Positions 28,703 to 39,044 of a stretch of 64,000 nt of DNA are shown here, piece by piece (position 1 is the stretch's first letter; every line of letters begins with the position of its first letter). Under the pieces are notes generated by a model, which worked only from the letters and a program-made list of their open reading frames with translations, was not told the DNA's origin and searched no databases. A program made the position numbers and the translations under genes. Source of the stretch: Gammaproteobacteria bacterium (GTDB lineage Bacteria > Pseudomonadota > Gammaproteobacteria > Eutrophobiales > Eutrophobiaceae); NCBI GenBank assembly GCA_965215365.1, contig CBDCDS010000003.1, positions 288,001 to 352,000 of the forward strand. Reading direction: 5' to 3'.

Positions 28703-29179
28703 ATGACGTTCTCAACGGCAGATCTGCATGATACGCACGAGAGCAAGGTCCGCGTTGCCAGCATTCTCATGCAGTCCTACGGACAAAAAGTCCGGTTCTC
28801 CGGTGCTATCGCCACGGTAAAATGTTTCGAGGATAACTCTCTGGTCCGAGCGGCGCTGGAAGAACCCGGCAACGGCCGCGTGCTGGTCGTCGATGGTGGC
28901 GGCTCCATCCGCTGCGCCCTGGTCGGCGACAAACTGGCGCAACTGGCGCTGAACAACGGCTGGACCGGACTGGTAGTCCACGGTTGCATCCGCGACGCCG
29001 CCGTCATCGCAACACTGAATACCGGCATCAAGGCCCTGGGCACAAACCCCAGACGCAGCGTCAAGCAAGGCCAGGGCGAACGCGACATCCCCTTGGCCTT
29101 CGCCGATACCACTTTCACGCCGGGCCACTGGCTCTATGCCGATGAAGACGGTATCCTGCTCAGTTCGGTGGAGTTGTAG
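28703..29179 (+). CDS. rraA: RraA family protein (RNase E regulator / HMG aldolase)
   Basis: VKCFEDNSLV, VLVVDGGGS, GCIRD and YADEDG. Confidence 0.93.
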   Translation: MTFSTADLHDTHESKVRVASILMQSYGQKVRFSGAIATVKCFEDNSLVRAALEEPGNGRVLVVDGGGSIRCALVGDKLAQLALNNGWTGLVVHGCIRDAAVIATLNTGIKALGTNPRRSVKQGQGERDIPLAFADTTFTPGHWLYADEDGILLSSVEL

Positions 29180-29276
29180 AAACCTCTCAACCCTGCAACA
29201 GTTCGGCCCCTTCAAGTCGAGCTACCTTCCGGCCAAACGTATATAGAAGATGTGCCTGTGACCTCTGTGTTGCCTT

Positions 29277-29417
29277 TAGCTCGCATATCTCACCAAGACC
29301 AGCGAGGGCGCATCAAGCGCAGTGTGTTATGCGGAAAGAGCAGCAGTATTATCATCACTTATTGAGAGCAATCATGTTTCATAAGGCAACAAGCGACTTG
29401 GTGAGATCTGCGGGTTA
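29277..29417. mobile_element. MITE family A, short complete copy
   Basis: TIRs tagctcgcatatctcaccaag / cttggtgagatctgcgggtta. The body is the reverse complement of 53773-53894. Confidence 0.85.
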
Positions 29418-29465
29418 ATAGCTTTCCCTTCGCTATAGCAAAATGCAGGTGAATACAAGGGATGA

Positions 29466-30410
29466 ATGACTTATACTCTCTGCATGGAGATCGATTTTCA
29501 GCCAGACTTCAGTAACGATTGCGAGCTGATTGCCGTGGCTATCGCGTTTATCCGGGACAACGCCGTGTGGGAGCCTACGCTTGATGAGGTGGCGGCGCGG
29601 GTGAGCCTGAGCCCCGGGGAGTTGCAGCGCAAGTTTACGGCTTGGGTAGGGGTCGGTCCCGAGCGGTTTTTGGAGTTTCTCACGGTGCAGCACAGCAAGG
29701 CGTTGCTGGATCGATCGGCTGAGGCGCCCCCGGCCGCGCCGGACCCGGGCCGGTCCGGGTCGGGCCGCCGGTATGACCGGCTCGTTACCATGGCAACCGT
29801 TACCCCCGACCAATATCAAACTCTGGGCGACGGTTTGCGCATCCATTACGGCTACCACTACAGTCCGTTCGGGCCGATGTTGCTGGCGCTGACCGATAAC
29901 GGCATCTGTGAGCTGGCGTTCGGCCTTGACTATACGTTGGAGGCAGAAGCAGAAGAACTGGAGAAACGCTGGCCGGGCGCGCAGATTTTTGAGGAGCCGG
30001 AACGCACTGAGACAACCGCCGAGCGGCTGTTCCACCCCGAAGACAGCCGCACACAGGATAGCGACAAAACAGGATTCCGCCTGTTTGTAAAAGGCACCGA
30101 CTTCCAGCTCAACGTCTGGCGGGCGCTGCTCAGGATACCGGCGGGAAGCCTCATCTCCTACAAACAACTGGCACACTTGACCGGCAATCCCGACGCAGTC
30201 AGGGCTACCGCCGCCGCCGTGGGCGCCAACCCGGTCTCCTACCTGATTCCCTGCCACCGCATCCTGCGCGCATCCGGTGAACCGGGGGGTTACCATTGGG
30301 GCATTGAACGCAAGCAAGCCATGATCGCCTGGGATTCAGCGCGTACTGAAGCTTTTAGATCCGGCACAGAAATGGTCACCTCTCACAAACACGAGGTTAC
30401 CAAATGGTAA
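29466..30410 (+). CDS. AraC-HTH / methylated-DNA-protein-cysteine methyltransferase (Ada/Ogt-like)
   Basis: PTLDEVAARVSLSP, KGTDFQLNVWRAL, IPCHRI and GGYHWG. Confidence 0.92.
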   Translation: MTYTLCMEIDFQPDFSNDCELIAVAIAFIRDNAVWEPTLDEVAARVSLSPGELQRKFTAWVGVGPERFLEFLTVQHSKALLDRSAEAPPAAPDPGRSGSGRRYDRLVTMATVTPDQYQTLGDGLRIHYGYHYSPFGPMLLALTDNGICELAFGLDYTLEAEAEELEKRWPGAQIFEEPERTETTAERLFHPEDSRTQDSDKTGFRLFVKGTDFQLNVWRALLRIPAGSLISYKQLAHLTGNPDAVRATAAAVGANPVSYLIPCHRILRASGEPGGYHWGIERKQAMIAWDSARTEAFRSGTEMVTSHKHEVTKW

Positions 30411-30628
30411 CCTCTAAAAATGCCCTCCGTGGCATTTTGTGATGCGTCCCATCCTTGGGACGCCCCCTGCGGGCGTCCTGCGGACGTCCAAATCCGCTCC
30501 GGGCGGATTTGTGAGAAGGAAATGAAAAAATGTGATTTTTCATTTCCTTCATTTTCAAAAACTTACGTGATTAAAAATGGCGGCATATCCTTATGCCGCA
30601 CGGGTGCCTCTAATTTTTAGAGGCACCC
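30406..30628. mobile_element. MITE family B (IS5-type ends) with internal hairpins
   Basis: ggtaacctctaaaaat ... atttttagaggcaccc. Internal stems such as aaatccgctccgggcggattt. Confidence 0.75.
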
Positions 30629-30680
30629 AAATATTATAAAACCGGTTGATGTATCATCCAATTGACATTACAATGGCATA

Positions 30681-30884
30681 ATGAGAACTACTATTGATAT
30701 TCCTGACAGGGAGTTGACGGATGCCATGCAGTTCACCAACGCCAAAACCAAGCGTGAGGCTGTGGTGACGGCCATCATTGACTTCAATCAGCGCCAGCGC
30801 ATGGTGCAACTCATAAAACATGCCGGCACTTGTGCGGCGCTAGTCACCGCGGACGCGTTGCAGACACAACGCCGACAGGGTTGA
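30681..30884 (+). CDS. VapB antitoxin
   Basis: MRTTIDIPD..L..AM....AKTKREAV. Confidence 0.88.
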   Translation: MRTTIDIPDRELTDAMQFTNAKTKREAVVTAIIDFNQRQRMVQLIKHAGTCAALVTADALQTQRRQG

Positions 30885-30889
30885 TTTAG

Positions 30890-31264
30890 TTGATCCTTGT
30901 TGATAGCTCCTCCTGGATTCATCTGCTTCGTCCCAACGGCGACCCTGCAGTCAGATCCAGGGTTGAACAGGCATTGCGCTCAGGTCAGGCTTGTTGGTGT
31001 CCGCTCATTCAACTGGAACTATGGAATGGTGCTGGCGGTAAGCAGGAGAAAAAAGTTTTACGGGAGTTTGCAACGGTCCTCCCCGAACTCCCGGTTACTG
31101 GCGCTGTTTGGGAAGCAGCCTACGATCTCGCGCGCCGTGCCCGGAAGCGTGGCATCACAATTCCAGCCAGCGATTTGCTCATTGCAGCTTGTGCACGATA
31201 TCACCAGACAGAGCTGGAAACCGCGGACCAGGATTTTGCAAAACTGGAAGTACTAACCACATGA
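30890..31264 (+). CDS. VapC / PIN toxin
   Basis: ILVDSSSWI, IPASDLLIAA and ADQDF. Confidence 0.9.
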   Translation: MILVDSSSWIHLLRPNGDPAVRSRVEQALRSGQACWCPLIQLELWNGAGGKQEKKVLREFATVLPELPVTGAVWEAAYDLARRARKRGITIPASDLLIAACARYHQTELETADQDFAKLEVLTT

Positions 31265-31276
31265 AAATCAACTGAC

Positions 31277-32008
31277 GTGAAACTGACATTTGTACTGGTG
31301 CATGGTTCCATGCACGACGGTTCCTGCTGGGACCAGGTTATTGCCGAACTCAACCGTCGGGGGCATGTCGCCTACGCGCCGACTATGGCGGGACACGGCG
31401 AGGATGCCGGCAACTTTTTTACCCAAGCTGATTGTGTGGACTCCGTGGTGGATTACATCCTGGCGCGCGACCTTAACGACTTTGTGCTGGCGGGGCACAG
31501 CTTTGCCGGTATCGTTATACCCAACGTGGCTGAGCGGGTGGCCGCGCGCGTCAACCGGGTGGTTTTTCAGAACGCCATGGTGCTGGAAGACGGGGAGTCC
31601 ATCTTCGACGTGATAACGCCAGCACATCAACAGATGTTTGACGCGATAATCAAGAAAGAGGGCGACCGGGCCAACTGGATGTTGCCGTTTGAGGTGTTTC
31701 GGGAAGCGTTCATCAACGATGCCGACCTGGAGACGGCCCGGGAGGTGTATGCCAGACTCAAGCCGGTCTGCGTTTATTCACAGAACGAGAAGATCAACAT
31801 GCAGGGGTTCGGGCGCCTGAAGGTGCCCAGGAGTTACATCAACTTCACTGATGACGTGGTCTTGCCCCACGGCAAGTACGCCTGGTATCCCCGCATGGCG
31901 GCGCGCCTGGGTTTGTGCCGGGTGGTACAGAAACCGGGCAGCCATGAGGTGTGTTACACCAACCCGAAGCTGCTGGCAGAAGCATTGATAGAGGCCGGCA
32001 GACCTTAA
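31277..32008 (+). CDS. Alpha/beta hydrolase (esterase)
   Basis: FVLVHG, GHSFAG nucleophile elbow and PGSHE. Confidence 0.9.
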   Translation: MKLTFVLVHGSMHDGSCWDQVIAELNRRGHVAYAPTMAGHGEDAGNFFTQADCVDSVVDYILARDLNDFVLAGHSFAGIVIPNVAERVAARVNRVVFQNAMVLEDGESIFDVITPAHQQMFDAIIKKEGDRANWMLPFEVFREAFINDADLETAREVYARLKPVCVYSQNEKINMQGFGRLKVPRSYINFTDDVVLPHGKYAWYPRMAARLGLCRVVQKPGSHEVCYTNPKLLAEALIEAGRP

Positions 32009-32018
32009 TCGGAACACC

Positions 32019-32606
32019 ATGCGCATTTTATCCTTTCTGTCAGGATTGTCTCTGGGCCTGCTGGTGGCATTCATCGTCTTTCTGCGCTACCAGACGGTTG
32101 ACCCCGAGCCGGGCGCAGGTCAGCAGGCACAGGTCGAACAGGAGCAACCGGACGTTAACTTCACCTTCTACGACACGTTGCGGAACAAGAAAGTCAATAT
32201 TTCCGAATGGATGGCCGGGGACAAGGATAGCGGCACCGCTGCAACCGGCGTAGACGCGTTGACCGTTCCCAAGGTCGAACCGGACCGTGGACATGTCGAA
32301 GCACAGCAACAACCGGCAACCCCGGACCGGAACGTGACACGGCCGGATACCGTTTACGTGCTGCAAGCCGGTTCATTCAGGGATTTTAGCGCCGCAGATC
32401 AGGTCAAGGCAGAACTGGCCCTGCTGGGGCTGTTTGCCGACATTCAACGGGTCATGCTCAACGAAAAGGACATCCGCCACCGGGTACGCCTGGGCCCGTT
32501 CAACAGCGCCCGGGAAATGCGCGCAATCAGCCGCACACTGAAGGACCACAACATGGACTTCCTGGTGCTGGAACTACGCGCAGGGCAGGGTTTATCTGCA
32601 AATTAA
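32019..32606 (+). CDS. SPOR-domain cell division protein (FtsN-like)
   Basis: N-terminal TM, FTFYDTL, YVLQAGSF and HRVRLGPF. Confidence 0.88.
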   Translation: MRILSFLSGLSLGLLVAFIVFLRYQTVDPEPGAGQQAQVEQEQPDVNFTFYDTLRNKKVNISEWMAGDKDSGTAATGVDALTVPKVEPDRGHVEAQQQPATPDRNVTRPDTVYVLQAGSFRDFSAADQVKAELALLGLFADIQRVMLNEKDIRHRVRLGPFNSAREMRAISRTLKDHNMDFLVLELRAGQGLSAN

Positions 32607-32745
32607 GGTCACCTCTAACCCGCATATCTCACCAAGTCGCTTGTTGCCTTGTGAAACATGATGGTTCTCAAATTGCGAGCACGTCAGTGCTTGAAAATGA
32701 AGGGAATGACGAACGAAGGGGGTAATGACAGGTCATAATGCGCCC

Positions 32746-34782
32746 TTACAGCAAATCCTGTGGGTCGATATCCAGATGCCACCTTACCCGTTTTGCTTCC
32801 TGCATGGATTCCAATGTCCGGCGCCAGGGGGTTAGCGCCTGATGCAAGGTGTTCCTGTTGCCGGACTGCACCAGCAGCTGGCAGCGGTAACGGCCTCTGC
32901 GCTTTTCAATGGGCGCTGCGAGCGGCCCGAAAACGGCCAGGTTGGCGCGCTGTTTCAGGCTGTTGCGAGCCAGCTGCAGGAATTTTTCAGCAACTTCCTG
33001 TTTGGTGGCTTCGGCGCCCAGTAACGCTAGGTGCGTGTAGGGAGGCAGTTGCGTCTGCCTTCTTTCCCTGAGCAGCAGGTCGGCAAACTCCCGGTAATTC
33101 TTGTTCACCAGGGTTTGCAACAACGGGTGTTCAGGGAAGTGGGTCTGAATGTAAACGACGCCAGACTGTTGCGCCCGCCCGGCCCTGCCGCTGACCTGGA
33201 CAATAAGCTGGGCCATGCGCTCACTGGCGCGAAAATCCGCGCTCAGCAAGCCTGCGTCTGCATCGACGATTCCCACCAAGGTGAGACGCGGAAAATGGTG
33301 CCCTTTCGCCAGCATCTGGGTGCCGATCAGTATGTCGGCATCCCCGGCGGTGATGGCCCGCAGCATTTTCTCCATGGAGCCCTTGCGGCGCGTGCTGTCG
33401 CGGTCTATGCGCAATATTTTTGCGTCAGGGAAGTATCCGGCCAGAGTCTGGTCCAGACGCTGGGTGCCGTGGCCCACCTCAAGCAGTTGCGGCTGCTCAC
33501 AGTCAGGACACAGGGTCGGCAGGGCCTTGCGGGCCTCGCAGTGATGACAAATCAGGCAGTTTTTATCCTTATGAAACGTCATCTTGACGCTGCAGCGCGT
33601 ACATTCGGCATACCAGCCGCAATCATGGCAGAGAATGGCCGGCGCGTAACCTCTGCGATTCAGGAACAACAAAGCCTGATTGTTGCTTGCCAGGGTGCGG
33701 GTAATTTCATTCAGCAGGGTTTTTGATAGCGCGCCCGAAACGGGTTGCTTGCGCAGGTTAATAACACGGACTTCCGGTGGCTTGGCGCCCGTCGCCCGCG
33801 CCGGCAAGGTTTGCGGCAGGTATTTCCTGCCCTTGACATTGTTGATGGTTTCCAGAGAAGGCGTCGCGGAACCCAGCGTCACCGGCACCTCGTCAAACTT
33901 GCCGCGTACTACGGCGATGTCCCTGGCGGAATAGCGAAAGCCACTGTCCTGTTTATAGGATGGATCATGTTCCTCATCCACCACATACAGCCCCGGCGCT
34001 TTGAGCGGCGTCCAGACCGCAGAGCGGGTGCCGATGAGCACCGCCGCCTCGCCGTCGCGCGCGGCCAACCAGTTGTGCAAGCGTTCCGTGTCGCTTAGCG
34101 CCGAGTGCTGAACCAGTATGGCAACCGGCAAGCGTTGTTTGAGCCGTTCGATGAATTGCGTGGTCAGACCGATTTCCGGCACCAGGATCAAGGCTTGCCG
34201 GCCCTGTTCCGTCACGCGCCGCACCGCTTCGATGTAAACTTCGGTCTTGCCGCTGCCGGTAATGCCTTGCAATACGTGGGTGCTATGTGCATCTGTGCGC
34301 GCGGTGATGGCTGCAATCGCCTGGATTTGTTGCGGGTTCAGGTCAAAACCCCGGCTTGCTATGCCATCCTGCGCGGCAGTGGCGCTTGCAACCCGAGCCG
34401 GCTGTTCCGGCGCCGGCGCGCCCTTACCCTGGCGCAGCGGCTTCGGCAACGTGCTGAACAAGGTCTCACCCAAAGGGTAATGGTAGTAATCGGCGGCCCA
34501 GCATAGTAACTTGAAATGAGGCAGGGAAAATAATGGCTGGTCGTCGATGACATCGCTGATGGTTTTCAGCCGGTGCGGCGGCACGCCGGATCGGTCGGAG
34601 ATACCCAGCGCGATCCCGACCTGTTGCTGGCGGCGCCCGAACGGAACGCTGACCCGCATCCCCGGCAGAAACTCGACCTCGTTAAATTGCTCACCGATGG
34701 CATAGTCGTAATGCCGGCACAATGGCACCGGCAGCGCCACGTGTAAATATCGTTTTTGCACAGGGTAGGTGGGCTGGCCCAC
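32746..34782 (-). CDS. priA: Primosomal protein N'
   Basis: GITGSGKTEVY, VDEEHD, LNRRGY, CxxC zinc motifs and GTQMLAKGHHFP. Confidence 0.96.
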   Translation of the reverse strand: MGQPTYPVQKRYLHVALPVPLCRHYDYAIGEQFNEVEFLPGMRVSVPFGRRQQQVGIALGISDRSGVPPHRLKTISDVIDDQPLFSLPHFKLLCWAADYYHYPLGETLFSTLPKPLRQGKGAPAPEQPARVASATAAQDGIASRGFDLNPQQIQAIAAITARTDAHSTHVLQGITGSGKTEVYIEAVRRVTEQGRQALILVPEIGLTTQFIERLKQRLPVAILVQHSALSDTERLHNWLAARDGEAAVLIGTRSAVWTPLKAPGLYVVDEEHDPSYKQDSGFRYSARDIAVVRGKFDEVPVTLGSATPSLETINNVKGRKYLPQTLPARATGAKPPEVRVINLRKQPVSGALSKTLLNEITRTLASNNQALLFLNRRGYAPAILCHDCGWYAECTRCSVKMTFHKDKNCLICHHCEARKALPTLCPDCEQPQLLEVGHGTQRLDQTLAGYFPDAKILRIDRDSTRRKGSMEKMLRAITAGDADILIGTQMLAKGHHFPRLTLVGIVDADAGLLSADFRASERMAQLIVQVSGRAGRAQQSGVVYIQTHFPEHPLLQTLVNKNYREFADLLLRERRQTQLPPYTHLALLGAEATKQEVAEKFLQLARNSLKQRANLAVFGPLAAPIEKRRGRYRCQLLVQSGNRNTLHQALTPWRRTLESMQEAKRVRWHLDIDPQDLL

Positions 34783-34793
34783 TGGCGTGAGTG

Positions 34794-37226
34794 CTAGAAC
34801 AACCGGCCCGGTGCCACGGCGGTTTCCGCAGCGGGGTCGTAGGGAGCTTGAAGTCGCTCGCAGGTGTCGGTATCGGGCAGTTGCTCAGCCATAAAGACTT
34901 CAAACTCCGCGTTATCATCGTTGGCGCTGGCCGGGCAGCCGGTGTCTAGGTTGGTTCTGATGGTAACCAGATTCGCCGGCCGAGCCGGTGTGGTCACCGG
35001 CACATCCTGCAAGGCCGTGCGCATATACTCGATCCATATCGGCAACGCGGTTCTGCCCCCTACTTCACCGCGCCCCATGGGACTGAAGTCATCGAAACCG
35101 GTCCAGGCAACCGCCACCACGGCGGGATTGAATCCGGCAAACCAGCCGTCACGTTGCTCATTGGTGGTGCCGGTCTTGCCGGAGATATCGTCTCGTTTTA
35201 ATTCCCGGTAGGCCCTGACACCGGTGCCGCGCCGGATCGCATCCCGGGTCAGGTCATTCATGATCCAGATGTTTTGCGGGTTGACCACGCGCCGGGCAAC
35301 AGCCGCCGCAGGCTTGAGGGGCGCTACGGGCGGCGACTCCCCTTCCTCAACAACGCCTGTCAGCGGCGGCGCGCCGGTGTCGTTGTGCGCGCACTGTGCA
35401 CATACGACTACAGGCTCAGCCTGGAATAACAGCTCGCCCGTGTAGGTCTCAATCCGGTCGATGAAATAGGGCTCTACCCGATACCCGCCGTTGGCAAACA
35501 CTGCGTAGGCGCCGGCCAGTTGCCAGGGGCTCAGCGCGCCGGTACCCAGCGCCAGCGACAGGTTATGGGGCAGGTTGTCGGTATCAAAACCGAACCTGGC
35601 GATATGCTCAAGGGTGTTGCGCACGCCCACCGCGTGCAACAGGCGAATGGACACGAGGTTTCTCGAACGGCGCAAGGCTTCCCGGAGTCGGGTCGGGCCA
35701 TAAGACCGGCCACTGTAATTTTCCGGGCGCCACTGGTCCTCAAGCCCGGGGTCGTCGAACACGACGGGGGCATCGTTGATAACACTGGCCGCAGTAAAGC
35801 CATGTTCCAGCGCCGCCGAGTAGATAAACGGTTTGAAACTGGAACCCGGCTGACGCCGCGCTTGGGTAATACGGTTGAACTTGCTGCGATAGAAATCGAA
35901 ACCGCCGACCAGGGCCAGCAACGCGCCGTTATGCGGGCCCAGTGACACTAGGCCGCCTTCGATGACGGGTATCTGTGCCAGACGCCATTTCCCCTTGGCA
36001 TCCCGGATGACCCGCACTAGATCCCCGGCCTGGACCACATCCCCGGCTGTCTGCGGTGCCGCGCCGCGGCTATTTTCATTGATATACCGGCGCGCCCAGC
36101 GCAAGCTGTCCCAGTCCAGGTCTACCCAGCCGCGGCCGGCCAACCAGGCTGACGCGCTCTTGCTCTGCACCTCGGTGATCAATGCGGGGAGCAGGCCGCC
36201 GACGGTGCCATGCGCGGCCAGCAGTTGCTCCCACTCAACTCTGGCGTTGCGGTTGGCGCTGAGCTCATAGTGGTGTTCGGGGCCGCGATAACCGTGCCTT
36301 TCATCGTATTGCGTCAAGGCCAGCTTCAGGCCGCGGTTGGCCGCGGCCTGAAGTTTGGCGCGCAGCGTCGTAGTCACCACATAACCGGCGCTGTAGGCTT
36401 CCTCGCCGTAGTTTTCAACCATCTCCTTGCGCACCATCTCAGCGACATAGGGCGCTTCCAGATCGATGATGGGACTGTGCAGCGAGGCGCTGACAGGGGC
36501 GTTGTTTGCAGCCAGGAAACGGCTGCGGTCGATATAGTCGAGTTCCAGCATGCGGCGCAGCACATAAGACCTGCGCGCCAGCGCCTGCTCCGGGCTGGTG
36601 ACGGGGTTGGTTCTGGACGGCGCCTTGGGCAGTCCGGCTAACATGGCGTGTTGCGCCAGATCCAGCTCTGCGATACCGGCACCGTAATAGACTCGGGCCG
36701 CGGCACCGACGCCGTAAGCGCGCTGTCCCAGGTAGATTTTATTCAGGTAAAGTTCCAGTATTTCGCTCTTGCTCAGCTGCCGTTCTATTTTAATGGCAAG
36801 GAAAATTTCATTGAGTTTGCGCATATAGGTTTTTTCTCGGGACAGGAAAAAATTGCGCGCCACCTGCATGGTGATGGTGCTGCCGCCCTGTTTTTTTTGG
36901 CCGGTCAACAGTAGCGAGACCGAGGCGCGCGCCAGACCTTGCCAGTCCACACCCGGGTGGTCGAAGAAACGGTCGTCTTCCGCGGCGATAAATGCTTGCA
37001 GCAACTGTTCGGGAACTTCTTCGATAGTGACGGGCACGCGCCGTTTCTCACCGAACTCCCCAATCAGTGAGCCGTCGCGGGTGTAAACCCGTAACGGCAC
37101 CTGCATACGCACATCCCGCAGCGCCTCAATATCCGGCAGGTTGGACACAATCAGATAGGCCGCCGCGCCGCCGCCAGTAACACAAACCACGGCCAGCGTA
37201 ATGAATAAAATCCAGAGCAGACGCAT
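34794..37226 (-). CDS. mrcA: Penicillin-binding protein 1A
   Basis: AEDDRF, QGGSTITMQVARN, RQPGSSFKP, SRN and GKTGT. Confidence 0.96.
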   Translation of the reverse strand: MRLLWILFITLAVVCVTGGGAAAYLIVSNLPDIEALRDVRMQVPLRVYTRDGSLIGEFGEKRRVPVTIEEVPEQLLQAFIAAEDDRFFDHPGVDWQGLARASVSLLLTGQKKQGGSTITMQVARNFFLSREKTYMRKLNEIFLAIKIERQLSKSEILELYLNKIYLGQRAYGVGAAARVYYGAGIAELDLAQHAMLAGLPKAPSRTNPVTSPEQALARRSYVLRRMLELDYIDRSRFLAANNAPVSASLHSPIIDLEAPYVAEMVRKEMVENYGEEAYSAGYVVTTTLRAKLQAAANRGLKLALTQYDERHGYRGPEHHYELSANRNARVEWEQLLAAHGTVGGLLPALITEVQSKSASAWLAGRGWVDLDWDSLRWARRYINENSRGAAPQTAGDVVQAGDLVRVIRDAKGKWRLAQIPVIEGGLVSLGPHNGALLALVGGFDFYRSKFNRITQARRQPGSSFKPFIYSAALEHGFTAASVINDAPVVFDDPGLEDQWRPENYSGRSYGPTRLREALRRSRNLVSIRLLHAVGVRNTLEHIARFGFDTDNLPHNLSLALGTGALSPWQLAGAYAVFANGGYRVEPYFIDRIETYTGELLFQAEPVVVCAQCAHNDTGAPPLTGVVEEGESPPVAPLKPAAAVARRVVNPQNIWIMNDLTRDAIRRGTGVRAYRELKRDDISGKTGTTNEQRDGWFAGFNPAVVAVAWTGFDDFSPMGRGEVGGRTALPIWIEYMRTALQDVPVTTPARPANLVTIRTNLDTGCPASANDDNAEFEVFMAEQLPDTDTCERLQAPYDPAAETAVAPGRLF

Positions 37227-37354
37227 GGTTTCATAATATCGTATTTCTCATAGTCGCCGCTAAAAATTGCGGCGCCTTTATCCGCGATACATCTGTGCTA
37301 ATCTGTACAGTTCGTGGAAACAGCAACACATTTGCAGCAATCCGTACCTGTGTC

Positions 37355-37876
37355 GTGGACAAAGCAACCGGAAATATTTTCCTTATCGGCCTGATGGGCG
37401 CCGGCAAGACTACCATTGGCAGGCAGCTTGCGCGCCGCTTGGGCAAGGAGTTCAAGGATTCAGACAGTGAAGTTGAGCAGCGCACCGGCGTAGGCATAGA
37501 CGTGATCTTTGACATAGAAGGAGAGCAGGGGTTTCGCCGGCGGGAGACAGAAGTATTGAGGGAGCTGGTCGCCACCCACGGCATCGTGCTGGCTACCGGC
37601 GGTGGCGCAGTACTGGCACCCGAAAACCGGCAATTGCTCAAGGAAAACGGCTTCATCATTTACCTGAAGGCATCCGTCGAACATCTGGCCGGCCGGCTGC
37701 GGCTGGATCGGCACCGACCGTTGCTGCAATCCGGCGATAAACTGGCAAAAATTCGCGACCTGATGGCCCGTCGTGAACCAGTCTATGAAGCCTTGGCAGA
37801 CCTGGTGGTGGAAACCAACGAGAGCAGTATCCACCGGGTCGTCGGCGAGATCAGCAACAAGATAAAACAGGCATGA
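37355..37876 (+). CDS. aroK: Shikimate kinase
   Basis: NIFLIGLMGAGKTTIG, EGEQGFR and ATGGG. GTG start inferred. Confidence 0.95.
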   Translation: MDKATGNIFLIGLMGAGKTTIGRQLARRLGKEFKDSDSEVEQRTGVGIDVIFDIEGEQGFRRRETEVLRELVATHGIVLATGGGAVLAPENRQLLKENGFIIYLKASVEHLAGRLRLDRHRPLLQSGDKLAKIRDLMARREPVYEALADLVVETNESSIHRVVGEISNKIKQA

Positions 37877-38943
37877 AACGACTTGATGTAGCCTTGGGAG
37901 CACGCTCTTATCCGATTTATATCGGCACCGGGTTGTTGCAGCAGGCCGGGGAGCTGCTCGGTGCCCGATTGCGCGAGCAGACGCTGATCGTCAGCAATAC
38001 CGTAGTTGCCCCGTTGTACCTGGAACAACTGCAAGGGGAATTGCCGGCGCCCGCCTTCATCGTCGAAGACGGTGAACAGTATAAAACACTGGAAACCCTG
38101 AACGGCATTATCACGCGGTTGCTGGAGGAACGGTTTAACCGTACTGGCACGCTGGTTGCCCTTGGGGGCGGGGTGATCGGCGATGTCACCGGGTTTGCCG
38201 CAGCCTGTTACCAGCGCGGCGTCAACTATGTGCAGGTTCCCACCACCTTGCTGGCCCAGGTTGATTCTGCCGTGGGTGGCAAGACTGCGGTCAACCACCG
38301 GCTGGGAAAAAATATGATCGGTGCCTTCCACCAACCCGTGGCGGTGCTCAGCGATACCGACACGCTGGCTACATTGCCGGCGCGGGAACTGCGCGCCGGA
38401 GTGGCCGAGATTATCAAGTACGGGCTGATCAACGACGCAGAGTTTTTCGGCTGGCTGGAACGCAACATGGACGGCCTGTTGCGCCGCGATCCGGCCTGTC
38501 TGACCCATGCCATAGCCGTATCATGCGGCGCCAAAGCGGATATCGTGGCGCGCGATGAGCGCGAAGACGGCGTACGCGCCCTGCTCAACCTAGGCCACAC
38601 CTTCGGCCATGCCATAGAGACCGCCTTGAACTACCAGACCTGGCTGCACGGCGAGGCGGTGGCGGCAGGGATGGCCCTGGCTGCCCATCTATCGGTGTCG
38701 GCAACCGGCCTCCCGGCGGCAGCTGCCCGGCGCGTGAACGCATTGCTGCAACAGGCGGAACTGCCCACCACCCCGCCCGACGGTCTCAGCCATGCACAGC
38801 TGCGGGAACTGATGAGCGTAGATAAAAAAGCCCGCCACGGACAACTGCGCCTGGTGCTGCTGGAGGAGATAGGCAAAGCGGTGGTGACCGCGGATTTTGA
38901 GGAAGCAGACCTAGAAGCTACGTTGCGAGTTTTTACGGGGTGA
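37873..38943 (+). CDS. aroB: 3-dehydroquinate synthase
   Basis: ALGGGVIGD, PTTLLAQVDSAVGGKT and LNLGHTFGHAIE. Confidence 0.97.
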   Translation: MKRLDVALGARSYPIYIGTGLLQQAGELLGARLREQTLIVSNTVVAPLYLEQLQGELPAPAFIVEDGEQYKTLETLNGIITRLLEERFNRTGTLVALGGGVIGDVTGFAAACYQRGVNYVQVPTTLLAQVDSAVGGKTAVNHRLGKNMIGAFHQPVAVLSDTDTLATLPARELRAGVAEIIKYGLINDAEFFGWLERNMDGLLRRDPACLTHAIAVSCGAKADIVARDEREDGVRALLNLGHTFGHAIETALNYQTWLHGEAVAAGMALAAHLSVSATGLPAAAARRVNALLQQAELPTTPPDGLSHAQLRELMSVDKKARHGQLRLVLLEEIGKAVVTADFEEADLEATLRVFTG

Positions 38944-38971
38944 TACTACACTAATTCGGTTATTTTCAGGT

Positions 38972-39025
38972 TTTTTACACAGGTGTCAAAAAATCTTTCA
39001 AGATTTTTTGACACCTGTGTAAAAA
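38972..39025. promoter_or_regulatory. Perfect palindrome with 26-bp arms, 19 bp before the ATPase start
   Basis: tttttacacaggtgtcaaaaaatctt-tc-aagattttttgacacctgtgtaaaaa. Confidence 0.7.
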
Positions 39026-39044
39026 TCTGGAATTATGCTGTTGC

